The notes: generated by a model from the sequence alone, not told the origin. A DNA stretch of 64,000 nt from Eledone cirrhosa (GCA_964016885.1 CAXHJY010001669.1:186001-250000), one strand, 5' to 3'; positions 25,555 to 40,886 are shown, counted from the first letter of the stretch. Made by a program: numbers and translations.

Positions 25555-25587
25555 TAGCAGCAACAGCAGCGGCAACAGCAGCAGCAA

Positions 25588-25656
<69 letters not shown>

Positions 25657-25995
25657 TAGCAGCAACAACAGCAACAGCAACAGCAGCAGCAGCAACAGCA
25701 GCAACAACAGCAACAGCAGCAGCAACAACAGCAACAGCAGTAGCAACAACAGCAACAGCAACAGCAGCAGCAACAATAGCAACAGCAACAGCAACAGCAA
25801 CAACAGCAACATCAGCAGCAGTAGCAGCAACAGCAGCGGCAACAGCAATAGCAGCAACAGCAACAGTAATAGCAACAGCAACAGCAGCAGCAACAACAGC
25901 AACAGCAACAGCAGTAGCAGTAGCAGCAACAGCAGCGGCAACAGCAACAGCAACAGCAGTAGCAGCAACAGCAACAACAACAGCAGCAGCAACAA
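24760..25995. repeat. 1.2-kb compound (GCA/ACA)n trinucleotide array
   Basis: Read directly; source of the poly-Q/A/L/T ORFs. Confidence 0.95.
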
Positions 25996-26116
25996 AAGAG
26001 AAAAAAAAGAAAAGAATTACACGCCCTTCGAAAAGCTGGACGTAAAGAGACTGAACGAACATGTATATATATATATATGTATAAACATATTCATGTTCCC
26101 TCAGTTTCTTTAAGTT

Positions 26117-26177
<61 letters not shown>

Positions 26178-26483
26178 ACGTGCGTATACACACACACAAA
26201 GAAAGAAAGAAAAAAAATGAAAAGAAAAGAGAAAATGTAATGAAGAAACTGACAGAGAGAATAATAGTAGGAATGAGAGTAAAAGCAATTGACAGGCTTT
26301 ATTGGAATGTTATGAACAGATCTGTCAGCTGTCTTGCTACACAAAGGAAACCACTGGGGCAAAACAGCCATGTAAGATAAAAACGTCCTGTTGTCCGTAT
26401 TGGGTGGGTGGGGATGTTGAGTGTTAACCTGCTTTGCGTGGGAAGTTGAACAGTACATGCACAATGACACATACACACAGATG

Positions 26484-26533
26484 AGTTTCCGGATGATTTC
26501 TTATGAATGAAACAGTTCTAGCCCGGTAGAACT
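26484..26533 (+). ncRNA. Degenerate hammerhead motif, orphan family copy 2
   Basis: AGTTTC-CGGATGA-TTTC(TTAT)GAAT-GAAA-CAGTTCTAGCCCGG-TA-GAACT. Confidence 0.5.
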
Positions 26534-26667
26534 AATTTCTATAATAAAAAATGATAAAAACGTTGCTTATACTCTAAGAACGTATTGAATACTTGTTCTA
26601 ACTGTGGTCACCTCCCGCTTTACATCGGGAATCCACCTATTATATGTGCGTGTGTATGTGCGCGCGC

Positions 26668-26715
<48 letters not shown>

Positions 26716-26782
26716 ATGATATCTGTAGATAAAAGGTCAAGGAAAACAATGCTCGATCTATTGCAAGAGACCTTATTTAGTA

Positions 26783-27383
26783 CTAGCAGTAGTACTCGGC
26801 GTTGCACGGGATAAAGTATTTTGGAACGCGGGCCGCCAACAGACATAATTGTGGAAAAACTGCATGCCTGGACAATATGTAAAGAAAATAAACCGAATAC
26901 TCTGATGGCTGGATAATCTTTAAGATGTTCCTCGATGAAGCAGGAAAAATGAATGGGGATCAAGAAAATGAATTTTTTTCTTGAAATTTCGGGAAAATAG
27001 GCTAGACGTAACGCCTCAAAAAAGCCCTAAAAAGCTGAAAAAATGAAGTTTTTCACCTAATGCGGGCCCTAGGTCATTAAAAAGTTGGATTTTCTTTGCT
27101 CACGTTATGAAGAAGAGACTGACTAATACCTAGTTACAATTTCAAGGAAATCGGTCTGACGTAACGCCTCAAAAATCCCCTAAAAAGCTGAAAGAAACGC
27201 AGTTTTTCACCTAATGTGGGCCCTATGGGATCAAAAAGTTGAATTTTTTATGTGCATAACACTCCCTGAAACAAGTAATACACATGTAAAGTTTGAAAAA
27301 AGTCGGTTGGGTACTTCTCGAATTTTAGGGATTAAAACTCACACACACACACACACAGATATCCTCAGTTTTATATATGTAGA
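26783..27383 (-). mobile_element. Non-autonomous Helitron
   Basis: Minus strand A|TCTACATATATAAAACTGAGG...CCCGTGCAACGCCGAG hairpin...CTAG|T; internal dimer of about 160 bp; termini resemble 36221-37118. Confidence 0.8.
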
Positions 27384-27386
27384 TAA

Positions 27387-29312
27387 CACCGTGTAACATA
27401 TTTTTGGTTCCCCGGTTCTAAGTGTCATTTCATGGTTTGTTATATCCCATTATTATTTTAAAAAAACACTATTATTTAATCAGTTTGGGTTTTTGGTCAG
27501 GAGTTTGATATTTCGAAATTTTTATATTTTTCAAGAAAAAACACATTTTAAAAAAATTTATCAGTTCATATAATTAAATCAACAGAGTATATATTTATTT
27601 TATTACACAAGCTTATCAAAAACAAAGAAGTAAAAACAAATAACACTTATAAAGCAACTTATACACGTCAGAAATGACTGGATTTCCTGGATTTGTGGTT
27701 GTAGTCCAGGTCGCATTCCCACACTAGCCCCCAGATATAGTACCCATCATTTTTCCATTGTAGTGGCCCTGGTACCTCCGCTCTATCTCTTTCACATCTT
27801 GGTGGAATCGTTCGCTTTGTTCTTCTGAGTGGGCGCCCATATTGTCCTTGAATTTTTCCAGGTGAGCGTCCAGCATATGGAGTTTAAGCGACATCCTGCA
27901 TCCCATGGCGCCAAAAGCCTTTATCAGATCCTGCACCAGTTGCTGGTAGTTTTCAGCTCTGTAGTGGCCCATGCTGTTCTCTCAATCCTATTGAGCTTAT
28001 TGGAGAACTCGGTAGACTCAAACACCTTCTTTATCTGAGGTCCAACCAAAATTCCACCTTTGATTTTGGCCTCAGATAACTTGGGGAAGAACTCAAGAAG
28101 GTACTTAAAAGCGGCTGATTCTTGGTTGAGAGTCCTCACAAACTGCTTTATCAACCCCAACTTAATGTGCAGTGGCGGCATGAGCACAATCCTGGGACCA
28201 ACCAGTGGCTCCCACATGACGTTCCAGGTCCCAACTACAAATTCTGTTCGCTGCTCCCAGTTCTTTCTTTTGTAGTGGTCAGAGGTGGCTCTGCTGTCCC
28301 AAAGGCAGAGGAAGCATTGGAATTTGATAAAGCATCCTTGGAGTCCAAGCAGGAAAGCCACCATCTTGAAGTCTCCAATGATTTCCCAATTGTACTGGTT
28401 GTATTGCAGAGCTTCCAAGAGGACTTTCACACTGTAGTAATCTTCCTTCAGGCAGACTGAATGAGTTAGGGGCAGTGTCGGGAACTTGTTTCCATTGTGG
28501 AGGAGGACAGCCTTAAAACTTGTGGTGGAGCTGTCTATAAATATCCGCCACTCCTTGGGCACAAACGGCACCCCAATAACGTCAAACAGTCCAGGCACGT
28601 CATGGCAGAAGCAGAGGCCATCCCTAAGAGTGTAAAAGCCTGAGAAAGGTTCGTGTCGACTTCTCTGACTTATCACCTGCACTTCCTCCTTGACCATGTT
28701 CCACTGCTTCATCCTGGAGACGAATAGCTCTGCATTGGACTTGGTCATTGATTTCTTTTTGGTTTGGGAAGTGAGGAACTTTTTCTGGTACCGCAGGCAG
28801 GTAATCCAAGTCCTCAGCATCCATCTCCTCCTCTTCATCAGAATACTTGTCATGGAAAATAAATTTGATATGCAATACAAAATAAATATTCGAAAGGGAA
28901 ATACATATTTAAATAATATAAAAGAACACTAATCATACTAATGAAAATTCGTGCTTAAAACACAACTTACCCTTTATTCAGGGTGCGAAAATCCAGTATC
29001 AATAAATCTCTTTAATCCACTTTTTAACAATTTTATTGCATTTTTATAATTTTCTTTAGGTATTACTCTTTATTTTATAATTTTAATTTAACCTGAAACA
29101 TATAAAAAAATCATTTAACATAAGCAAATTAAACTTACATACAACGTAAAATCCAGCATACAAATAATTCTAGTGAATAGCTTAGGATTTTTACAAACCC
29201 AAACTTTTAACTGTTTAATAGCACTTTTTAAAAATTTATTTGGGACCTAAGCATCACAAAAAAAGTGATAACAAGCCGGGAACAGATGAAAATTTTTTTT
29301 TTGTTACACGGT
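27387..29312 (-). mobile_element. Chapaev3-like DNA transposon, both termini present
   Basis: TIRs CACCGTGTAACA / TGTTACACGGT; transposase 27724-28880 with GCRMSLKLHML...EEQSERFHQD; near-identical to 9488-10927. Confidence 0.8.
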
Positions 29313-29522
29313 CGTATACATACTTGTTAAGTATATGAAATTTTAATTATAATTAAAATTTCATATACTTAACAAGTATGTGTACGACCTTAGGTTTCGG
29401 GGTCCAGTTATGGCCCCCCACTCACTTTAGCCGGCATGGAAACGGCTCCTCCACTATACAGTGGTAGCCATAACTGGACCCAGAAACCTAACGTCGCACG
29501 TACATATGAAATTTTAATTATA
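29310..29522. repeat. 80-bp palindrome overlapping a 170-bp inverted-repeat element
   Basis: 29310-29389 has 40-bp arms with one mismatch; TTAGGTTTCGGGGTCCAGTTATGGC pairs with GCCATAACTGGACCCAGAAACCTAA. Confidence 0.85.
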
Positions 29523-29530
29523 CTATATAT

Positions 29531-29633
<103 letters not shown>

Positions 29634-29826
29634 ATTAGAAAGTGAACAACACAAAATATAACTACTCCATTACTAAAGGTTTCTGGATCACAGACGATAA
29701 TAATATACGTATTTCTAATTAAATAGCTCTGTTCTATACATAGAGCACTCTTTTTTCCTTTGCTTTTCCTTTCGAATTACCTAACATATATATGTATATA
29801 TATATGTATATATATATATATGTATA

Positions 29827-30460
<634 letters not shown>

Positions 30461-30464
30461 TATC

Positions 30465-32830
30465 ACCTCCTCCCACTCCTGCCTCGACTTCACCTCCTCC
30501 CACCCTACACACACTAAACACTCTATTCCCTACTCCTAACTCCTCCGGATCCGCCGCCTCTGCAGTCGAGATGCTGACTTTGAGTCCAAAGCCCTTTCCC
30601 TAGTCAGCCATTTCATCCGGCGAGGTTACTCCCCCCCCCCCCCGTCCAGATCGCCCTCACTCGCGCCCGTGCTGTCCACCGCTCCACCGCCCTCACCCCA
30701 CGCCACCGCACATCCACCCACCGTCTCCCTTTCCCCATCACCTACCACCCCTCCACCGCACCATCCTCCGCCTCTTCAGACGCCTCCAGTCCGTCTCCTC
30801 CACTTCCCCCATCTTCCCATCCCCACCTCTCCCCTCCTTCAAACGCGCACGCAATCCCCCCCATTCCCCCCAATCCACCCTCCGGTTCACTTCCCTGCTC
30901 CAGGCCTCGTTGCCACACCTGCCCCCACATCACCAACACCACCACCTTCCATGGTCCCAACGGCCACTCTCTCTGTCCGGCACGCCTTCCGTTGCACCTC
31001 CTCCAACCTAGTCTATGGACAACCTACATCGGACAGACTGGACGTCGCCTGGCGGACCGTTTCACGGAACACCTCCGGGATATTCGCCTCGGAGGGAGTT
31101 CCCCGATCGCCCGCCGCTTTCGCTCCCCTGGATATTCCGCCCACCACCTCATAGTCTGTGGCCTACTCCAATGTCACGGAACACCCGCCACTCGCCTCAC
31201 AGTCGAACAACGCACCATCTTCACCCTCCAGACCCACACACACCCCGGCCTGAACTCCCCACCCTTATTACTTTAGCCTTCGACCGCCCACCCTTCTCCT
31301 CACATTCCCCACTATCACCTCTAACACACTTACCCTTTTCACCGCCCTACCGCCTTGGCCCATCCCACAACTAACAATACTAACACCCCCACCCCACCTC
31401 TCGGCCCTCCCCCAACTAACAATACTAACATCCCCACCTCTCCCCCTAACATGCACACACCCACCTGAACATATATACACGCACTCACACTATCCACACA
31501 CCCTACTACCACCACTAACCCTCACCCACACATCCACTCCGACCACCCCACAACTAACATCACTAACCTCCCCCCGACTCCACGCACACGAACACACACC
31601 ATCACACACACACACACACCTACACCTATGTACACCCCCCCCATCCACACACACAACCACCACTAACCCCTACTTACACACCCGCTTTCCACCCTTTCCC
31701 CACCACATGTAATACTAACACCCACTAACACCCCTTTACCACACACACACTCATCCAAACACGCACACACACACCCGTACACTACACTCCCTCCCCCGTC
31801 CCCAACACCTCTTCCCTCCCTCTCTCTCTCCCTCTCCCCTCTTCCCCTACATCCCTTCACACACACACACATCCCACTTACACCTCTACTAATATACATC
31901 CCATCGCCCCACTTCACCACCTTCCCCCTCCACCCTTCACACCTACCCATCCTCTCCCCTGTCCACCGCACCTCCGCACACACAGACACACACACACTCC
32001 TCCCCACACTGACCTTACTCCACCTGTCATCCTGCTCTACTGCTATCTCTTCACTCTGCCTTGACCCTCTGACTACTTCCTGTTGCGCGCGCACCCCACT
32101 TCCCTCCACTTCCGACCACCACCAACATTGGATTCTACACCCCCGGGCATCTCTCCAGCCATCCACTCCATAACATGAAAAATATCCAGCACCTCTTCTC
32201 ATGCTCGACGGAACTACCGCAGGAACTTACCCACGAACATACACTCACATTTTTTTTCGCACCGCGCCACCCACATCCACACCACGTATACACACAAACA
32301 CACACGTGCGTACCCCCACATATACACACTCAACCTCCGGAATCCATACACCCCCTCCCCCACCCCTGACCCCTCTCCTTCCACACGCACACACCGACTT
32401 ACACCCCACCCCACGCACACACCTTTTCCTGAACATGGCACCTTGTTCTTCCTCTCACATACACACGCACACACACTCACGTACACCTACACACATACAC
32501 AAACACCACCTTCAGCCTTCCCCGCTTCGACCCCCCGCCTCCCTCGCACAACTCCACCCGCCGCCGCCCTTACACGCCTCACACCCTTCCACCACTTGTT
32601 CATCTTATTGTTTATTCTTATGTTTATTTTTACGTTTATTTTTATTTTTATTTGTTCTCCTTCCCCCTTTTTTTAAAATGTATTTCCACACACCCTCGGA
32701 ACTCTCTTCCTACCCTATTTATCCTGAAGAAGGGCTTATGCCCGAAACGTCCCCCTCCCCTCAAGAGCGTGAACCTAATAAACCTTTATTTGTCTGCCTC
32801 TCTGTTCTGTTCCCGTCTAAATTTTCACTA
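30465..32830 (+). mobile_element. 5'-truncated Neptune-like PLE with C-rich 3' region
   Basis: SIPYS.LLRIRRLCS, FRCTSSNLVY, YIGQTGRRLADRFTEHLRDI, PGLN; HHR core at 32724. Confidence 0.85.
32718..32756 (+). ncRNA. Minimal hammerhead motif
   Basis: CTGAAGA-A-GGGC(TTAT)GCCC-GAAA-CG-TC; stem I does not pair. Confidence 0.6.
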
Positions 32831-32896
32831 TATATATATATATATGAAAACAGGGAGAAAGAGACGATTATTAGGAAGAAAAAATTGTTTTTTTCC

Positions 32897-35000
<2,104 letters not shown>

Positions 35001-35159
35001 TAGAAATATAAGCTTTCACCGTATTTTTGACTAAAGAAACTTTTAGCCTGATAGTGGGGTTTAGAACCCTCAGAGAAATGGAAAAAGATGAGTATTGACG
35101 TACATATATAGTAGTAGTAGTAAAGTCCAGAGGGCGAGTTTGAATATAATTATTCAGGT

Positions 35160-35900
35160 TACCGCTGACAAGTCCTAGTTAGCTGACAAACAGTGTGGTT
35201 TTCGCCCCAGACACAGCACAACCGACCAAATAGTCACACTGCGGCAGGTCTTCGAGAGATAGTGGAAGTATTGCCAAGAAGTGTCTACTTGTTTCGTAGC
35301 CTTCGAAAAAGTATATGACCGTATTCCACGGGACCAGTTGTGGAAGGTTTTGCAGGAGTATGAGATCAGTGGATAGCTTCTTGTTACTCTGATGTGTCTA
35401 TACGAATACCCTTGTATTTGTGTTCGGATAAATGGTGCTACGTCAAAATCATTCAATGTGGGTGTCGGACTCCGCTATGGGTGCGTAACCCCTCTCTCCT
35501 GTTCATAATGTTCATGGACAGGATTGACATACGCAGCCGGGTTGGAAGTGGTTTTACCCCCCCCCCCCCACTCTCTCTCTCTCTCTCTATCTCTCTCACA
35601 CATACATACACACGAGATAGGCGGTGTAGAATCAATCGACTGGAATTTACAGACGACATGGTATTACCTAACTCGTCAGAAGGTGATCCTCAACTTGCAC
35701 TTGATAGGTTTGATGCCGAGTACTGCACAGCTGAAATAAAAATCAGTGCTATGAAGACGGAAACACATGTCCTCTCAAGGAAACCCATGCAGTGCACTCT
35801 ACATGTAGAATAGAGTTACACTGAAGCAGGTGGTAAAGTTCAAGTATACCGGGGCCGTGTTAACGAGTGATGGCAGACGGGAGGCTGAAATAAGTGTTAA
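35160..35900 (+). mobile_element. RTE-clade LINE RT fragment
   Basis: QCGFRP, FVAFEKVYDRI, PLLFIMFMDRI, LEFTDD, FKYTG motifs with stops. Confidence 0.8.
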
Positions 35901-35904
35901 AAAC

Positions 35905-36140
35905 AAGATGGCGTAGGACAGAACAAAGGAGAGGCACAAACCAAAGAGAAGAATCTCCAGTGTGACGAAAGAATTTTTTACAATATATGAACAACCGTCC
36001 GGTTGTGGAACCAACCAACCAACCAACCGGAAATTTATAAATTCTTAAATTTATAAATTTAATTTATAATAAATTGAAGTGAAAGCAACTGGTGCGTGTG
36101 TTTCTTATTGGCAACATGACCCTCTCAAAGTATAACAATA
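35905..36140 (+). mobile_element. PLE family A 3' terminus with partly deleted HHR
   Basis: Matches 4880-5090; the CTGAAGA half of the ribozyme is missing. Confidence 0.8.
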
Positions 36141-36220
36141 TATATATATGCATAGCCATGTAATGTAGCAGAAAAATATATCAAACAAGAAAGCAATTAT
36201 GGTGAAGTAATCCCGTCTTA

Positions 36221-37117
36221 TCTATATATATATAAAACTGAGGTTGTCTGTCTGTCTGTCTGTCTGTCTACTAAAACGGTCGGCACACATCTCCTCCTAA
36301 ACCGTACGTTCAAATTTCAGTGAAATTGCTACACTTATAGATGAAGGTCCGGCGGAGACATCGGTCAAAAAATGTTCAAATCGACCCACGCCAAGTGCAA
36401 AAATCGAATTTGTAATGTATTGATTTTTCAGTTCAAATGTATAAATAGAGATGAGAGACGAGTTATTTCCCTTTTATGGCGCCATTCTGACGCGTACAAA
36501 AGTACAAAAATACACGAACAACTTTCGGGCCAGCAAAATTTTAACCAGCAAAATTCATGATTTCGAAATTTCAACATTAAGCTTCCATTTTGCTTCATTT
36601 CCATTAAAAAGTCTTTTAAAACAATATTTTTACTTGAAAACAAGCCTATTTGAATACACCGTAAAACAAGCAAATATTTTGTAAAAATGTATATGAGATA
36701 AAGATAAAGCCTTATGAGATTTTCATTTAGAAGCAATGATTTTAAACAACAGACAGATAACGCATTTTTTTTTTTCTCATCTCCATCCAATTTCTTTGTT
36801 TCAAAATAACTGATAGTTTGGTTACACTGATGTTTTTCTCTGAGCCAAGTGTGGCAGTGTTTACATTTTCAATTCTTGTTAATAGATTACCAGTGCAGTT
36901 TTTATCCCCATCATCCTCTTTTGTTTTAGCTTTCGGGTTATGGTTATGTTTTCTTAACTTCATAAGGCATACTGTTGGTTGAGGGAATATTAATCAAAAG
37001 TACCACATGAAAGTCTACACTGTAGAATCTAGAGTTTTTAAGCCAAGAAAGGAACTCAATATTGTAACTTTAACACAGCTACTGAGCAGCCCCGAGCAAC
37101 GCCGGGCTTTACTGCTA

Positions 37118-37118
<1 letters not shown>
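36221..37118 (+). mobile_element. Non-autonomous Helitron
   Basis: A|TCTATATATATATAAAACTGAGG...(GTCT)n...GCCCCGAGCAACGCCGGGC hairpin, CTAG|T. Confidence 0.85.
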
Positions 37119-37179
<61 letters not shown>

Positions 37180-37181
<2 letters not shown>

Positions 37182-37235
37182 GAGCTTCTACAGGACTAGA
37201 ACTGTTTCATTCGTGAGAAATCACCAGGAAGCTCT

Positions 37236-37236
<1 letters not shown>
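37180..37236 (-). ncRNA. 57-nt hammerhead cassette in (TA)n, orphan family copy 3
   Basis: AAGAGCTTC-CTGGTGA-TTTC(TCAC)GAAT-GAAA-CAG(TTCTAGTC)CTG-TA-GAAGCTCTT; 9-bp stem I; A6 mutated to G. Confidence 0.7.
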
Positions 37237-37310
<74 letters not shown>

Positions 37311-38241
37311 GAGGTGAGTTTTATTGTAGCACAATAAAGCAATGCAAATATCGGATAAGTAGCACTCAACAGTTTATAGGACTGGAGTATAAATAATATA
37401 AAATCAAAAGATATTACTCATACTATGTCGTTAGCGGTCCCCTAATTTTCTTTTTTTAATTTCTAATCTTTAATCTGCAACTTTTACTTCTCAATTACTT
37501 CTTAATTCATCTTATAACTCATTTAGCATTTTTATTTTTAATAGATACTATATATTACCATTAGAGAAATTTTGTAAACATATTTTTTTGACGTTATATA
37601 TTTTTTCTTCCGTGAATTTTTTCTTTCTTCTCTCCTTCCATACTCGTATTAAATCTATTATTTACTTTTTCCTATTATAATATATAAAAACAAACTTGGA
37701 CCCTAATTAATTCCTCTAAGTTCATAATTCATTTAACCTTATCTTCATTCACCTTATCTTCTTAATATATTTTATTTTAATAATACATTTTAATAAATTC
37801 CTTTTCGCACATCTTATTAAACCCTTCAATATATAAACCTTAAATAAATAGTATTCTTAATTCCTTTTTCTTTAATCATAAGCATCATCATTCATAAACC
37901 TCATTAACTTTTAATTACTTTATTTTTTTTAAAATTATGTATTATCTTACAACGGTTTTTTGACAGTGTTTCTCAGTATTAAAGGTTATCTCTCTCTCTC
38001 TCTCTTACTCATTTTCTCCTCCTCTCTCATCCTTCCTTCTTATACTCCTCCTCCGTCATCCTTTCCTTATTATTATATTTTTTTCTTCTATCTATATTTT
38101 TTCTTCCTCTTCCTTACCGTTTCTTTCCCCCTTCCTTTCTTTTTTTCCAATCTCATATATCCCTCTTATTTTATTTTTCATATGTTGATTTAACACTTCA
38201 CTGCTCGCAAGTGTTTTTTTAAGCTTCATATCATGTCTCCC

Positions 38242-38312
38242 TATTTTATCTGATGAGAACGCAAATATCATCCCATGATGATATTTGTTTTTGAAATGCG
38301 CATAATAAAATA
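38242..38312 (+). ncRNA. Type-I hammerhead ribozyme with intact core
   Basis: TATTTTAT-CTGATGA-GAACGCAAATATCATC(CCAT)GATGATATTTGTTTTT-GAAA-TGCGCA-TA-ATAAAATA. Confidence 0.82.
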
Positions 38313-38894
38313 CATGGAACTCTTTTAATCATCTTTTGATTTTATATTATATATATATATATAAGACGGGATTACTTCACCATAATTGCTTTATTGTTTG
38401 ATATATATTTCTGCTACATTACATGGTTATGCATGTGTATCATAGGTGTAGTTATGCAATCATAGGGATATGTCGCTGGTCATGTATTACCATTTTGATG
38501 CCGGCAGACATATGAGTTTCTGAATATCTTTTTTTTAGTAAGTTCTAGTAGAAGATGTATCCGCCTTCTGATTGGTTGAGCTTGCAGGTTCCGAGTAAAG
38601 TTCCTATACTTAACTATTGACAGATTTACTGTTACATATCAGCTTGTAGTCCATTATTTCGTCTGTTGTCTGTAGTCGTCACTATCATTATATCGCCGCT
38701 GCTGCTGTTGGTCAGAGCAATATTGTGTTCATGACGCCGAACACTGGCACCAGTAATATTAACGAAAAGAAGAGAAGAGCCAAGAAGTTGCGGCTTGCTT
38801 TGATGATGGCGGTAACACCACAGTCACTGTCAACAACAACAACAACAACGACACTACCGCGGCGGCGACGGGACGGCGACGACGACGCCATTTA

Positions 38895-39120
38895 CAATAA
38901 TGGTTTCTTATATAGACACAAGGACAGTAATTTTGGGGGAGGGGGAAGTCGATTAAATCGGCCCCTGTGAGTGACTAGTACTTATTTTATCGACCCCGTA
39001 AGGATGAAAGACAAAGTTAACCTCGGCGGGATTTGAATCTCAGATCATAAAGGGCCGTAACTCTATGCTGCAAAGCATGGCGTCCGACCCTCTACCGATA
39101 CTGCCAATCCACCGCCCTAA
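38895..39120 (-). mobile_element. tRNA-derived SINE with Nin/Deu-like core
   Basis: Minus strand GGGCGGTGGATTGGCAGTATCGGTAGAG...TTCAAATCCCGCCGAGG...TCATCCTTACGGGGTCGATAAAATAAGTAC. Confidence 0.8.
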
Positions 39121-40404
39121 TAGTAATAGTAATAGTAGTAGGAAATAGGAAAGTAGACGAATTAGCAAAAGAGGGACCACAAAGGGAAATAATAGATATA
39201 GGCTGCATTCCAAATCTTTCGCAGGAAAAATCATTTAGCAAACATAAATAGTCAAGTGTGGGAAACATTTTGGGAAGAATCCAGAGATAAGCTCACAAAT
39301 TTCACCCCCCCTCCCACACACACTTTCTCAACCATATTTGACAACATTCAAAACTTATCGATCATTGAGTAATACAAATAAAAAAAGACTTTGCTAGCTT
39401 TGAACTGGACATATACCTTTGAACAAGATTCTATCAAGAACAGGTCGTAGAGATTCACCTCTATGTTCTTGTGGTGACTTTCCATGACCTCTTTGGCACT
39501 ATTTCTTCCAATGTAGAAACTATCAGTCTGAGAGAGAGAACCAATCTTTAAAAAACTACCAAGATTGGAAGTTCAATATATGATTACAGGCTTACCGAAT
39601 ATCAAAATCTTAGAGCACTTGGAATCTACGAAAAGATTCAACAACAGAAAGTTCTAGCTGTTTTACAGCTTCCCTTCCTATTTTCCTTTTCTTTTTCGTT
39701 TTCTTAGGCACCGTCTGCCTCCCATGGGCCTTCAATATTTGAAATTTTTATTTTTATCCTATTTTATCTCTGCTTTTTTGTTACTTGTCTCACTAGGTCT
39801 TTTTTTATTACCAACTGTAAGGAGTACTCGATACTTCCCTTAGTCTGTCATGGCTTACTAGCTCTATACGGACGTTTAATGCCAACAATAATACTATCAA
39901 TAATACCAATAATGATAATTATAATGGTCGTCATGCTGGTACGATTTAGATAGACCATAAATATAAAACTATATCTGTTACTCATACAGAATGTGTAACC
40001 GATACTGCATCAATGTGTATATAAATATGTATATATTTAATATATTGGTCTTATAATCGATTAAAGGTGTTTATCATTTTTTCAATTTATAGGGAAATTC
40101 GTATTTTCTGGCATGTTTACATGCCTACATATTAAATATATGTATATTTATATATACATTGGTACACTCTCGATTACCCACTCTGTTTGTATATAGTTAT
40201 AACTTTATCCTACACTTGTCATATATATATGGCGAGTGACAAAAAACTTCGATCAACTGTAATTATCCTCGGAATTTCAAGATCTAAACTCTCTTCATGA
40301 GTGTTTATGTAATGAGAACTATGCAAGGGCCAGACCAAGTCTTTTGGGACAATTTAAGACAATGTAGGGAGAGTAGACCCTGCCTATAAACCAACTTAGT
40401 GAAA

Positions 40405-40535
<131 letters not shown>

Positions 40536-40540
40536 TATAT

Positions 40541-40790
40541 TTTATACTTTGGGAGGGTCATGTTGCCCATAAGAAACACACGCACCAGTTGCTTTCACTT
40601 CAATTTATTATAAATTTTATAAATTTTATAAATTTATATTTATAAAATTTATAAAATTTATAATAAATTGAAGTGAAAGCTACTGGTGCGTGTGTTTCTT
40701 ATTGGCAACATGACCCTCCCAAAGTATAACAATATCGGTTTCAACAGACGTTTTCAGATAAATCTTGCTAAACAAATTCAGAAACGAAAT
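40541..40790. mobile_element. Palindrome of two PLE family A terminal segments
   Basis: 40541-40635 is the near-perfect reverse complement of 40640-40730; same sequence as 4360-4450; flanked by (TA)n. Confidence 0.88.
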
Positions 40791-40807
40791 ATATATATAT
40801 ATATATA

Positions 40808-40853
<46 letters not shown>

Positions 40854-40886
40854 CACATATACATATACATATATTGCATATATACT

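Noticed and set aside
24785-26476. 563-aa poly-Ala/Val and 376-aa poly-Leu ORFs
   Set aside because: Antisense readings of the trinucleotide array.
38895-39120. tRNA gene
   Set aside because: A and B boxes belong to a SINE head followed by SINE core and tail; no clear cloverleaf.
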